A DNA stretch of 64,000 nt from Schizochytrium sp. TIO01. Taxonomy: Eukaryota > Protista > Bigyra: Labyrinthulomycetes. The notes beneath the pieces were generated by a model. The model ran no database searches and was not told the DNA's origin. It saw only the letters and a program-made list of their open reading frames with translations. The stretch lies in contig SMSO01000037.1 in the NCBI GenBank assembly GCA_004764695.1, positions 4,564,747 through 4,628,746 on the forward strand. Reading direction: 5' to 3'. The translations under genes were made by a program, and so were the position numbers. Positions 20,129-33,805 of this stretch are shown here, one piece after another (the stretch's first letter is position 1; each line of letters begins with the position of its first letter).

Positions 20129-21650
20129 TTCTTCTTTCTTTGTTTCTTTCTTTCTAAACGCGCCTAAGAAGAAGATGGAGCCCCTTCTCCCTTTTCACCG
20201 AAAGCGAGAGAAGCCGGCCCAGGCCTACTGGCCTCCTAACCTAAACCATAGCAACGCGTGTCATTTGCGCTCGTCGATGGCGGCGGTCCTGTGGGCTGCA
20301 AGTGTGGATGGATGTCGATAACAACTGTTTCACTCACATTCTTTTATTTTATTCTTTCTGTTTCTTTCTTTCTTTCTTTCTTTCCTTTCTTCGTCTGCGG
20401 TAGAGAAAGAATGGAGTCCTGTTATGAATAGGGAGGAAGAAAGACTCAGAAGCAGAGAGACGGCAAGTGCCGCGAAGGTCGTCGCCATGCGGGTCGTCTC
20501 GCGGGCGTCGAGAGCTGGGGTCATCGAGGTCTCGTCGCAGCGCGTGGGAAGAGAGGTTTTCGCGAGGTCCCGCCGTTTCGGCCTTTGTTCTGTGAGCGAA
20601 TAATATATATATATGTATGTAAGTTGAGACGAAACCGCGGGCGCCTGAGATAAGAAAGAAAGAAAACTGCGGCTAGCTAGAAAGATAAAGGGCTAGCTAG
20701 CTTTTCATTGATCGATTACATTTTTTAGTAAAAAGAAAAACGTTTCGAGGTTCTTTTACTTGCTAGGATTAAAAAATAACATTGAAATTTAAATAAAACG
20801 AAAGATGGATTCTTTTCTATCTATTTTGATGATTTATTTTCAGGTAAAGTAAAATGAAAAGTTGCCGCAGTAGATTGTTTTATTTAAAAATAAAACTGTT
20901 AACTAATACATTTTCTTTTTAAAGCAAGAAGAAGAAAAAGAAAAGAAAAAAAAAACTACTATCGAGGAAAGAAAAGAAAGGAGACAGAAGTTCATTATTA
21001 CTAAACACTCTACGGAGCTGCGGGAGGAGGGAGTTCACGCTTAGCTGGCATTACCACAGCAGTAGAATCTCCCTTATTAAAAAAGCGAAAGTGTGGGAAA
21101 AGAAAAAGTGCAGAAGTTCATGAGTAAGTAAGCAGTAGCTTTTCCCAGTAGTGACACTTAGGGTGAGGCGCCACGAAGGTGCGACCGGCAATGGTAGGAG
21201 TTTCCTATCAGTAGCTAGAGAGGGGGATTGGCGAGACGAAGTAAATTGGTACGCGCCGTGTAAGCACGAACGATTCTATAATGAGCGGTCGCGGTCCAAT
21301 TCATTCAGTCTGTCATAATGGAGCGGCGGCATGGACAAAAGACCGGAATCCTTTGCCTGGCATGGCTTTGGATTTAGGAGTGCTGCAAGGATATTTGGGG
21401 GCAGAATATTGGAGAGGTTGACAGTATTTTGAAATGGAAAAAAGATATTTCCTAGCGTGCTCAGATCCATGCTAAATAGTGAATCAAATTAGGGGGAGGA
21501 GGGGGAGGAGGGACTGCGACTATGGATTGTGCACATGCTATATCATCACGTTCCCATGATGCTTTTCGCCATGAGAAGGAGTTCCTCATGAGTGAAACTC
21601 GGTTTTACTGAAGAATGACTTGAACGACATCGAATTGATCCTGTTCAGGT

Positions 21651-22367
21651 CAGATCGCGCGGAAATTCGTTCGTGGTGTATGGAGGGAAGGACACTGAGA
21701 CTCGTTCTGGCAACAGAATGAGTCTCTCTCCAAGACAGAGTTGCGCCTCGTCATCGTCGAGGCCACACGCCAATTTTTATAACCATTTATATCATCGAGT
21801 CCCCCTTTTGCGAGCCAATACGCTCTCGAATCTAAACTATCTGACCTCTTCAAGCTCGAAGCCGCGTACCTCGCAATGCTGCTCATCCTGGCATCGGAAA
21901 CTCCGATCTCTCCAGCAAGTTATCCGAAACATCACCGCGCCACTTGGGCAGTGAAGTACCGCGAGCGAGCTTTCAATAATACCTTAGTGGAGTACAGTGA
22001 AGTGCGTTGCCAGATCTCAAAGGGCGTCTACGATGATCCCCGTATCCAGGTCGCTGTTAAACCCATGCGGGGGAACGCCAAGATCTTCGCATCGTCTTGG
22101 GTCCCACTCTGGAACAAAGCGAGCCTTGCTGCTTAGGCTGGTCTGTCTGCAGGCTCGCGAAGAGCGGTCTGTCTGCAAATGCTGCGCTCGGCCAAGCGAA
22201 TCTATCTCACCCGGATCCATCTCACCCCAGCAAAAACAACCCTGAAGTATATGTCCTCCGCCAGGACGCGCGTGTTTGACTCACCATTGAAAAAGAGCGT
22301 GCCGCCACGGGGGTGTCGGTGTCCAAGCGCTGCGCACGATCTGAAGCCAGAGATTCGAGGCAACTGA
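21651..22367 (+). pseudogene. Possible pseudogene: one reading frame with coding-like codon usage interrupted by three in-frame stops
   Basis: ORF-track segments 21876-22136 and 22179-22367 share a frame that extends upstream, with stops only at 21696 (TGA), 21780 (TAA) and 22134 (TAG). Many CTC/GTC/ATC/AAG/TAC codons. Confidence 0.35.
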
Positions 22368-23223
22368 GTAGGCTTCGAAAGAAGAGTAGGCTTCGAGAGA
22401 CAAGCCCTTTCCCCGAAAAGCTACGGTTCGGGTCGTTTCGCCCTCCTGGGTATCGTCAGCGACGCCGATGAGGGCCCGGTCCTTTCAAGCGCGTCTTCGG
22501 GCCCGCCGCAGAGAAGATCCTCAAGATGCGAGGGTCCCAGGGAGTCGAAGTATCCAATCCGATTCCCTGGAAAAAGACATGCATGTAGATGCCACGCCGT
22601 GCCTGCGGCGAATCTGTACTCCATTGTTCACAAAGAGCTGGCGAATTCCGGGCAGCACGCGCCCCTTAAAATGCATACATATGCATGCATCGATTATATT
22701 TATGTATTCATTATATGTATGCATTTATGTATTTATTATGTTTATGCATTTATGCATAAATATAATTTATGCATTTATGCATTGATTATATTTATATATT
22801 TATGTATGCATACGCCAGCGTGTAAGCCAGCGAGCGATTCGACAGGCCCGAGCTTCGAGTAGCTCGCTCGCCATTGATCAATCGGCTAATCGGCTCTCGA
22901 TTCCTGTCGCGCTTCGCGTCCTTTCGCCCAAGCTCGCGTTTCTTGCGCGAGATCGCAAAGTTCTGGCGGAGGAGGAAAAAAATTCTGCACGCCAAGTATA
23001 AGATTCAAGCGCGCTCGAGATTGTTCGAACCTTGGAAACTAACTTCAAGCGGCTGCCAAAAAAGAAGAAGAAAAACACTAACGGTGGACAGCCCAAGCCT
23101 TGGAAAGGACCAGTCTTGTAGCAGGATGGCACGGAGACGTCGATATTGCCACTGTCGTCAATGTTGTCAATGTCGTCAACATACATTGCCAACATTGTCA
23201 ATATAGAGCGGCGATTGGCAAGC

Positions 23224-23227
<4 letters not shown>

Positions 23228-23262
<35 letters not shown>
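23228..23262. repeat. (GA)n microsatellite
   Basis: Directly visible. Confidence 0.95.
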
Positions 23263-23263
<1 letters not shown>

Positions 23264-23782
23264 GGAGTCCCAGCTGGCAAGCGTCCCTTCGCACGCTCGA
23301 AATGGAATCTCTCTCCCACAGCCAGCTTCTGCAGCCCTCTCCTTTAGCTTCTGCTTCTTCCAGGAGGAGAGCCAATCCCCACAGCGCCGCTCGTCCCGCC
23401 GTGTTCTTGGCTCTTCTTTTCATGTATTCTTCTTCTTCTTCTTTTTCTTATTTATTGTTTCTTATTTATTTGTTATATTTATTTTGTATTTCTAAAAGGG
23501 AGAGACCAACCAGATTAGCTCGTGCTCCGCCGAAGCAAGCGCCGCTCAGAAGGCGTCTTCCACCTCCTGGCGAGTGCCTTCCTTCCTGCCTGCCTGGCCG
23601 CTTCTTGAGTTCTTCTCGGCGGGCGCCGTTGCCTTTGCTTCTTTTCGATTGGTCTTGTTGGCAGCTCGCGAGTTCAAGATTCTCACGCCCGTTTGCTCTT
23701 CACTCACTCACTTCATCGCCAGCCTCGCCTTGCTTTCACTTGCTTGGTCCTTTCTTGACTTCTCGAAACATTCATATTGTCG

Positions 23783-23975
23783 GATTGTTTGATTGTTTGG
23801 TTGTTTGATTGTTCGATTGATTGTTTGCTTGATTGTTCGATTGATTGTTTGATTGATTGTTTGATTGTTCGATTGATTGTTTGATTGTTCGATTGATTGT
23901 TTGATTGTTTGATTGTTTGATTGTTTGATTGTTTGATTGTTTGATTGTTTGATTGTTCGATTGGTTGTTTGATTG
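23783..23975. repeat. ~190-bp compound (GATT/GTTT)n tract, largely (GATTGTTT)n
   Basis: Directly visible. Confidence 0.95.
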
Positions 23976-24146
23976 AATGGCTGTTGGTTCATCTCTTCAG
24001 GTCAGAACGCTGAAAGACTCGAGCGATCCTCAGAGACCTGCGCGAAGGAGGGCGTGAGTTCTTCAGCTTTCGCTGGTATCGTCTCGCTTTTGCCATCTTC
24101 GTCAGTGCTCTCTCAGCGGCGCTACCAAATCGCCGTTGACGGGGTC

Positions 24147-24174
24147 GCAGCAGCAGCAGCAGCAGCAGCAGCAG
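24147..24174. repeat. (GCA)n microsatellite
   Basis: Directly visible. Confidence 0.95.
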
Positions 24175-24361
24175 ACGAATATCCTCGATCTTGACCGGAA
24201 GGCATTCCTTTTGGAGCTTCTTCTCTTCCGCGAGTTCACTCTCTGCGGTATGTGTTGCCTTGGAGCTGAAGCAAGGGGCCTGTTCTGGCGACTTTGTGGT
24301 TCATTTCACGTTCTTATTCGAAGATCTTCGCGCGACTTTCATTCAATCTTTCATTTATTAT

Positions 24362-24386
24362 AATCAATCAACCGATCAACCAACAG

Positions 24387-24419
<33 letters not shown>

Positions 24420-24490
24420 CATACCAATAAATGAATGAATGAATGAATGAATGAATGAATGAATGGATGAATGAATGGATGAAATGAATA
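24362..24490. repeat. Compound (ATCA)n then (TGAA)n microsatellite
   Basis: Directly visible. Confidence 0.9.
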
Positions 24491-24656
24491 AATAAATATG
24501 CATACAAGAAAGTCCTTTTTATTTAGCTGTCCAAGCCGCAGTCTGTGGAGTCCAGGCCGGCGCAGTCCAGTTTCGAAACAAGTAATCGCAAAGAACAACA
24601 GAAGTTTGGGCTCAACAGCAAGCAAAGCGAGGAGAAGACCTTCTAAGGATCTCCGG

Positions 24657-24714
24657 TCTTGATCTTGATCTTGATCTTGACCTTGATCTTGATCTTGATC
24701 TTGATCTTGATCTT
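24657..24714. repeat. (TCTTGA)n hexanucleotide microsatellite
   Basis: Directly visible, with one variant unit. Confidence 0.95.
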
Positions 24715-26718
24715 TTCGATCTTCCAGAGGGCAGTTTGGAGCAGTCGAGTAGGTAAGCGCAAGAGATGACGGATGTATGTCTCGAGCTCCGGTTCTTGAC
24801 AGGCCAAGAGAGAGATAGACAGACACCTACCAAGTACATAGCAGCAGCACTATGGTCGATGGATTTGGAAGCGAGAGCTCGTCCTTCCAGCAGAAGCTAC
24901 TCTCACTTACACTACACCTACCCCACAGCCATGCTTGTTGAAAGCTACCAGCTTTCAGGAGAGCTTCTTCCTCCTCTGGACGAGGGTAATTGGCGAAAGC
25001 TACCAGCAACTCACGGCAAAGCAAAAAACCAATTCTTTGGAAGCAGTAATAGCTTTCAAAAAAATAAATAAGTACAAAATTGTTTGTTTGTCAATTTATA
25101 TAATTTTTGCAACTTTAGTAGAATTAAATTTAATAAAGAAGAAGAGTAAGAAGAGTGCATAGTGAATAAGTGAACACTTAGGAAGAGAAAAGGAAAGCTA
25201 TGTATCGATGTATATATCCATGTATCACATTTGCAGTGACAAGTCCCTGTGAAAAGAACTCAAGCAGCGAGCACTTTCGTTACTGCTCACCTATGCTGCC
25301 TCGTGCGGGCGGACCAGCTCGCCGCGCCTCATTCACTTGCGGACGCTCAGATGCATCGATGCATGTATTCAGGCACCCATTCGCGGGCAGCTTTGAGGCT
25401 CCATCTCCATCCTAGCTGGTCCCGAAGGCACAGGCCGTCGCTTCGCAGCACGTGTCCGCAATTTAAAAAAAGTGCCGTTTGACTCATATCCATGTTTATA
25501 ATTCGATTTCTCGATTTCTTGCAAAGCTCACGTGCTCGATCGGAAATGTGCACCATTGGTGAGAGAGAAGTAAACTAAACTCTTTGAGAAGCTGGTTTAA
25601 TTTTCCCACGGGACGGCTTCGAGGTTTACACTGTTTGCAAACAACAAAATGGAACGATAAATGATAAACCTTGGATTTATGAACTCCGGGTTTGGCACAT
25701 GCCGCATGCCAAGCACGTTTATTTCTTCCTTGCAGGGTATACATATGTATGAATAGTTCGCACACGACGTTCGCGATCAGGGCTTCTTGAAGGCTTGGCT
25801 GTTTCGAGAGACTACTCTTCGGGGTGCGTGGAGTGAATGCAGTTGCTGCTTCTCACCATCGCGGTGGCTTTGAGCCTTCTTTATAATACAAAAGCACTTC
25901 TCTCATGACAGTGTGGTGCCAAGTCCCGGCGCACTTTGGTTTCTTGGAGGCTAGCCCATAAATAATCAGCCATGATCAAAAGGCAGCAGCTATGGCGGCG
26001 AATGGGCGAATCGAATCGAGAAACCGCCGCGAATAATTTATTCGCGCAGGGACGAGCTCAATCGGCACTTTCGACGATCGGCGAGGTCTTCGGGTTCACA
26101 GGTTCGTGAATCTTGCTTTCCCCTCTTTCCCATTCATTCGCTCGTTCACTCTGCGAGTGGCAATGGGTCAATGCATTGCATCATTGCAAAGCAAGCAAAT
26201 GCTCCGTTCATGCATGCACTACAATAGACAAAAGCGACGAAGAAAAGGGTATTTATATTATTGGCTAATGAGCAGAAGTACCAAACAAGAGAGAACACGC
26301 AAACGTGGAGAGAACGAGGGAGCGGGCTGATTGGCACGGCGACTCGACTACTCTGCTCGCAGAGGTGGAAGAAGGCAATGCAGGCAGGCAGCAGAGCGGA
26401 CTTGGGGTAGCTGGGCCGACCCTGGCGTGGAGGCCACATGGTCGCGACGCCCCGCGTGTCCAGCGCGTGGCGGCGGTGGTCTCGGGGACTTGCTTGAGGC
26501 AATGCGAGTTGGCTTCTTGGCTCTGCCCTTCTGCAAAGCTGCCAAAAGTGCACAGGCGTAGCCGTCGCTTAGTCGAAACGCTAGCGCTCCACACAAATGT
26601 TGATCATCATCATCATTATCATCAAGAGCATCATAGTCGCAAGAAGTGTCGTCGAGTTGCTTTTATGAGTCCAAATAAATTATGTGGGCTTGCCACTTCT
26701 ACTACAGAATATGGTGTA

Positions 26719-26779
26719 TTGTTTGTTTGTTTGTTTGTTTGTTTGTTTGATTGATTGATTGATCGATTGTTTGTTTGTT
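26719..26779. repeat. Compound (TTTG)n/(TGAT)n microsatellite
   Basis: Directly visible. Confidence 0.9.
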
Positions 26780-28795
26780 CCAGCCTCTGGATGCTGATGA
26801 ATTGGGCAAAGTGTCTGCGTTTTGAGATGGGATTCTCCAGATTTCTGCTGTTTCTATTGTCATAGATGTAGAAACCCGTCTAACTAAAAGGGTCTAAAGG
26901 AGTTTCAAGCATGGAAAAGGAAGCGAAGGCTTCTAGAGTGTTGATTTTTAGTGCGAACATACATTCATCAAAGGCATGTATTCCAAAAAGCAGCATATAA
27001 AATACCAAATTCATTAGTCTATCCTCGTCCTCAATGCGAGTAGTCTCGTCGAGCCAGTCTAGTGTTTGCAGGGACTGCCACGGTCCCAAGGGAAGAAGCA
27101 GCAGAATGACACTTATGCTAACAATAGGTGTCTCGCAGCAGGAGTGATTCCATAAACAGCACTATATTGTAGGTAGCTTGCCAAGTCCCGCACTTCTTCG
27201 TGGTCCTCAATCAGTCAACTAATCTCATTGTTTATAAATAACAAATAAATCAATCAATATAATATGCATTGATCCCTTGGCACGTTTCGAAGATTTTTTC
27301 ATTACATTTTAAAAATAAAATAAAATAAAACTTATGAGAAACATTTATAAATTGCCGCATCTAAATAGGAAGAAGAGAGAAGAAGTGTAAAAATGTAAAA
27401 GAAAAAGAGGGATAGATTGAAAATCCCATCGAAGACCGGAGAAGTCTCACCTTTATTTCCCATAAAAAAACGAATCTCCAGAATTCATTCTCCCAAATAG
27501 CCTTTTAAATCAAAAATTGAAAAGGAAGACATTGATAGATCTAAAAGACAACACGAACAGTCAGAAAATTGCTTTTCCTACCCCGACCTCCCCCTTTCGA
27601 TCTTTCCTTTCTTCCAAGACTTTCTGCGGATTTTATTCAACCTATATATTATGGCTCACGGATTATTTTAAATTACTATACTAAAAAAGTCAATCAAATT
27701 CAATTTTTCTTTTCCTTCTATATAAGCCCAAAAGTTAAAAAAAAAAAGAGAAAAAAAAAAGAAAAAGAGAAAAGTGCTTTTTTGTCTTTCTTTTCAATCC
27801 CAATCTAAAAAGGTTTTTATAGACAATACAAAGTAACAAAATAAGCAAAAACCAATTTAATACGAAACCATTTATTCTAATCATTAGAAAGAAACCAAAT
27901 CATCATTATTTCAAAGGAAAAGAATAAAATAAAAAAGAAAAGAAAATAAAAGTCAAACGAACTAAAAATAAAATCAGCAAAAACCAAGGCATCCACCTTA
28001 ACCTCGGAGTTGCCAGCGTGTGACAATATGGACCAATTCGAAGTTGGAAGCTCGCGGCCTAGGACCGTGTAGGATGGCCTAGCGCTGTCCGAGGGTGGCT
28101 TTCTTCATTCTGCCAAGAAGAAAGAGTCTCGAATGGCAAGCAGGACATGAGGACAATGCGAATATATGAGTGACTGATCTCAGTCGCCAAGAGCCCCAGA
28201 GAGAGAGCCCACGAGGCACTCTGAGGTCCAAGGTATACAGTAGGTGGCGCTATGCAGTGGCAAGCTATGCTGTTCCTCCAAGATCTTGAGCAAGAGGTTA
28301 TAAAAGTAAATGCAAGGCTGCCAGGCTATTATGATGGTGGCAGCTTACATTTAAAAGAATGTCGATGGGTTGAAGAGCGTAGCCAGCAACCAGCGTCGGA
28401 TTGATTGAGTTGCATTCGCACTCAGTTGTGGACTTGCTTGCGATGGTGCGTTTTTGATCGTTTTAGGGCGAGGTCTTGGATTTTAGGAGGAGCTTGGAGG
28501 CATGCTTTGTTTTGATGGCTTGCTGCCAAGAGAGCAAGCGCTCTGATAGCTAGCTGGTGGGCTGTTATGGAGTAGCTTGGTTTTTTAAAGATGGCTCCTC
28601 CTCGGTTTATGATTATTTTTTTGGTCTAGTGCTTATTTAGATCCTAGGAGTGGTACTTATGATTTAGTTTGCTGTTGTTTATTCAATACCGCAAGGATTC
28701 TCAGTCTTCTCACCGCCACAATAGGCAGGCGAGTTCGATGCTCCTGGCGATGACGGAGACCGTGTTGAACTTCTGAAAAAGTATTCGTACCATGA

Positions 28796-28846
<51 letters not shown>
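28796..28846. repeat. Perfect (TAG)17 microsatellite
   Basis: Directly visible. Confidence 0.95.
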
Positions 28847-29994
28847 CTTTGGAGGTTTCTAAATTAGTCAATTCTCTGATTTGTCCTTCTATGCTGTGAA
28901 AAGTTTTCTCAAAGAGTGACGGCCACCGTAGGCATCGTCGCACTCTTTTGTATTTGACAATCAAAGAGACTCGGCAGAAGTTTCGCTCCGCTCGGAAAAA
29001 CGGGCGGGAAAAAAGACAAGAACATGAATAAAGAAGGAACTTGCTTTCTCACTCGTGCGCCTTGAGATTTGGAGGGTAATATCCGCGATATGAATATTAT
29101 TCAGGAGAAAAGAATCTGAATCTTGTCAACCTAAAGCTTTCGTTAGAGAAAACGAAATGAGTGCAACTTTGCAAATGGCGCTGTCAAATTCGAACAATTC
29201 CTAATGGCTTTAACAAGAACGTTAGGAATGTGACTTTATTTGTTGACGGAATTATTCTTTGTTTTGGACTCTCACTCGCTCAATCCCTCACAGGAGAAGA
29301 GCTGAGCCAGACATCTGCGAAAACTGCCCCCACAAGAGCAGAATTTTCGCAAGTAGGCACCTTCAGCGGGTAGGCCCAGGACCTTGAGCGCACCATCTAT
29401 CGTCAGGTGCAGGTATCACCTACCCAAGAACAAGCTTTCCCTCGCTTAAGCTTTTTGCTTGTAAGTTCGCTTGCGTTCGTTTCTCAAGACATCGTTTCTT
29501 ATGACTTCGTTTTTCAAGATTGCTCATGCAGAACACTTGCAGTGCTGCTTCATCAATTCAGAACGAACTCGAGACAAACATAAAAATCAAAGCAAAACCT
29601 ATCCACCTGTGCGATCTGGTTGTCCAGGTTGCCGACTTCTCACGGACATCGCTTCCATCCTCTTGTTGGTTCAAGCTTTCCAAGTTCTCTGGTCACTCGC
29701 TCGCTCAGGCGTTGCTCGCTCGCGGGTCACTCTGGATCGGCCCTGCTCCATTCCATTCCAAGAAGCTGTTCACATCGCATGTGTTTACAGCAGCTGAATT
29801 AGCATTATCATCATCATCATTGCACTGCGTAGTACTCAAGTCCCCTTCTTCAATATTCACCGTTTATCACATCCTCAAAGAACGTGCTACTAACGAGTTG
29901 GATAGCATGCATTTACTCCTTCTCCAACCTGGACAACTTCAACTTGAGGTATGCAATTGAATGCTTGCTTTTTTTAATCAACTATAGTAACATT

Positions 29995-30020
29995 GCAGCA
30001 GCAGCAGCAGCAGCAGCAGC
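29995..30020. repeat. (GCA)n microsatellite
   Basis: Directly visible. Confidence 0.95.
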
Positions 30021-33000
30021 GTTTAAGACGGGTTGAGCCAGTCCCTGATGGAGAGGGGATAAGGAACACTACTAGTTTAGGATAGGAGGCTGCGTTTTTG
30101 TTCTTCACGAGCACAATCGCCGAGTAGCTGAAATACGAGTGCTTTCGATTATGTATATGTGTGTATATAAAAACATTAATGAAGATGATTTGCTTTGGTT
30201 TTCACATTTCCCCATTCACTGCACATGAATCCATCCATTCAAGTTGATCAGATTCGCGTGCTTGGTTGGCGGAGTGTTTATCGATCGAAGCTCGAACTTG
30301 ATCTTGCGAGCAGCTCTTGGCGCTGCTGGAGAATCATAGCAGTAGGTCGCTGACCCGGAGTTTGGAATGTTGTCGCCACGGAAGGTTGGCTCGTGGTTGC
30401 CTAGGGAAGGGAGGAAGAGGGAGATTTGAGGAGGCCTCGCCGAGCGATATCGCAATTGTGCGCGTGAATGCGTCGAACCCGCGGAGATGGAGGTGAAGTT
30501 TAGAGGGAGTACTCTGCGAGCTGTGTCAGGGCGGGTTGACCACCCATATTAAAACTAGAAGCTTCAAGTTGGTAGTAGGAGCAGTCTGCACAAGGTGTCA
30601 GCAATGAAATTAGCACGTGAAGGAGATATGCAGCTGGGCAGCTAGCCGACTGGCTGCTGCGAACTTGCCAGGATCTCTCTCCGTTTGCTACACTTGTGCT
30701 GCTGTTAGCAAGCGAGCTCAAGGTGCGAGCTCTGACTATCTGTCATTTACGGATCAGAATCCAGCAATGCGCCAGCGCCACCAGCCAGGATTGAGATGCC
30801 ATCTCGCCAGTTTAGGCTGTGTGAAACTAAACAGCATTAGCATCTAAGGAAATCAGCGTACTGATTTGGACCAAGGGCTGGACCCTGAAGGCGAGACGAG
30901 CTATCGAGAATGGTGAATGAATCACATAGTTTTTGTATAATTTATTGGTATAATATACTAACATACAATGTTCTTGCAACAGTCCAACTCAGCTTATGCA
31001 TGGCCTAAAACGCACCAGTCCAGCAGGATTGGAGATCCGTGTCCCCAAGGTCCAAGTATTCTTCAAAAAGTTATGAATGAATCGAGTGCCTGGCCCTAAA
31101 CCATTCTATTAAATCCAACGATGCCCTGTTCCCGCAACCGTCTTGCATTTATCGCTACTAATTAGGTGAGCACTACCTAGTCATACATAAATAGCAAACT
31201 ACTAGTAGGAGATAGGCCCCTTAGGGACTGATACTAATTAGTATCAAAGAACTAGCGTTCCTAATTTCAATCTATGAATCTCACGCTTCTGAGTGTTGAT
31301 GCTGAGACACGCGCCGCGAACGAATGCGAGATATATTAGAAGCATGATGAGTGCTTATCTTCAATAAATCACAGAATAACGTCACCAACATGACATATAT
31401 AAACAATAGTGTTGATGCCCGTACGTAATTGCCAGATATATCCGTCATTACACGTGCGTGCAGGTTGCCAGAATGAAGGACTTGCAGCGCAGCAAGTATC
31501 TGGTTCCTTCGAATTCAAGTTCGGCATTATTTCAATTACAATGTTTCAGCTGTTGTGTATTTCTTTTTACAAAAAGTCACAATAAAATGGATAATAACCT
31601 GTCTCCGTTTTTGTTTTAAATACCGTGACATCTTTTGTCGTTGAGTTTCAAGTTCTTTCTTTTGTCTCTGACTTTCAATCCTCTTGTGTGGGTTGTGAAC
31701 GGTAAGTGAAGTATCATCGACATGCAAAATAATTAGTTTTAAAAGAAACGGGGCGACACAATACTAAGCTTAGAAAACCAGAGATAAAAAGTCGAAAGAA
31801 GAAACTTAATCTTTTGCCAAAGGCGGTTCTCTTTTGGCTGTGACAGAGCTCAAACTTTCCGACTTTTTACCCAGTTCACGCGCTTTTCTACTGCAAATTT
31901 TCTCTTCTTGATTAAAAAAAAAAATGGATACCAGCAAAAAAGTTTAAAAAGGCATAGACTCCCAAAGCAGCACTTGTGGGACCCAAATTTATGATCATTC
32001 GATGAATTAACAATCGCCAAGCGCGGAATTGTGCGGACTAAGCATTCAAGTAGTGTGGCTCTTTCAATTAAATACCTATAAACATTTAGGCAGATACTTA
32101 CTTCCCTTTCTCTTTTCTTGGAGCTCCCGACTGTGAGCTGATGATAAAGTACATTCCTCCTGCTGAGCATGTTTTGCTTCCATTGGTCCAGATGTGATTT
32201 CGACTCGACGCAACTTGACACAACCGCGCCACTTCCATCTTTGGACTTGCCATGCGCGGTACCTACCTAGCTAGGCAATCTTTCTTTGTTCAAGTTCGTC
32301 GTTCTGCAGGTCAATACATCCCATCTACAAAGGCGAACTTGTCCAAATAAGAGCTTTTCTTGCACTTCTAAGTTTATGACGAGAAAAACCTCAAAGCTTA
32401 CTTATAAATTACACTAGAAAGGCCGCGCAAACGACGGGCTCAACGCCCATTTAGCAGAAACTCTACCGCTGCCGAGCGAGCTGGGCTTCGCCAACGGAGG
32501 CACGCGCATGCTTCTTTCATTTAGCTGAAACACTTAGATAAAGAACTCGATCCAAGGAGAGCATTTCATCAAACTTTTGCTACACAAGAAAGAAAAATGC
32601 ATTGAACGATGGCAAGAATAAAATGCCGAGACTCAGAGAGGGAAAGAGGCCTGCCTGCCAAAGATCGTGAACCCACCCGACGCACCCGCAGCCTGGCCTA
32701 CTCGCTTGCGCGGTGACTTTTGGTATTTACAATGCTCAATAGTTGGTCTACTACTCGTGCTTTTCCATATATACTAGATACTAAGATTAGAATATTCTGA
32801 TTTAAAAAAAATATATATTTAAAAAAAAAATATTAATACTTAGAGATAATGATAGTAAACAATAAGAATGGTTGAGTTGTAAAATAAAGCTCGAAAAATG
32901 TAATGGGATTCGACTCAGAAAATGAACGACGCCTGCAATAACGTCCTGCAGAGTACTTCACTCCACGGTCGGGCCAGGCAGTACCAAAGGTTTCCACGTG

Positions 33001-33769
33001 AAGGAAGCATTCTGCAGACTGCGTATCATCATTTGTCACCTCCTCGAGGCAGGCCTTGATATTTCTTTCTTTCTGGACGTCCTTGCGTACGTTAAGATCG
33101 CCATTTCTTGACACTCAATTTTCCCGTTCAGAAATTGAATCAACGACACACAAGGTGAAGCATGGTGTCGCAAGAACTGCACTTCGTATTTTTAACAGCA
33201 ACCAACTGTCCGCCGGCCTTGATTCGATCTTCTCTTCAAGGCGAAAGATGGTCTCTTTAGAATCTTTTGCATTGCTTCGATTTCCCCAATTCGGAATCTT
33301 AAAAGCAGTGAAAAACAAAAAAAAAGCGAAGCAGGCCATCAACCCTTTCATCCATCAACACATAGAAGATGTAATTAAAGAAACACATTATGCGCGCCCC
33401 CGCCCAGCTCGCGGTTACACTTTTCATTGGTTTTGTTGTTGATTGTAGAAGATAGTGGAGTTAATTAAAACAGAAGTAGTCCAAGCTTTCTCCATCCTCG
33501 GCTGTGAGAATTTGTCCTTTTTTTAGATTTATGCTTTCCATAGATTCACGGCCGACAGCCAATTCGCTCTTAGAGCCAAACACACGGGTTGTGCAAACCT
33601 GAAGGTCTCTCTCGATCAAGATCAAACAGTTTTCGCGGCACCGAGCCTGCATTCAAGATAGTAGGCACCGCGCAGGTGGGTGAAGTATCGAGATGGTGGC
33701 AAATTGGGAGTGTGATTGAGGTCCAGGAGATACTCTGCTTAGCCTTTCTAGTAGGAAGGCCTTACTTAA

Positions 33770-33805
<36 letters not shown>

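Noticed and set aside
21492-21512. G-run cluster as a G-quadruplex
   Set aside because: Only three runs of three or more G; at best a weak two-tetrad motif.
22878-23992. 181-, 131-, 220- and 94-aa ORFs
   Set aside because: Kept open by (GA)n, (TTC)n and (GATTGTTT)n tracts; no domain or consistent codon bias.
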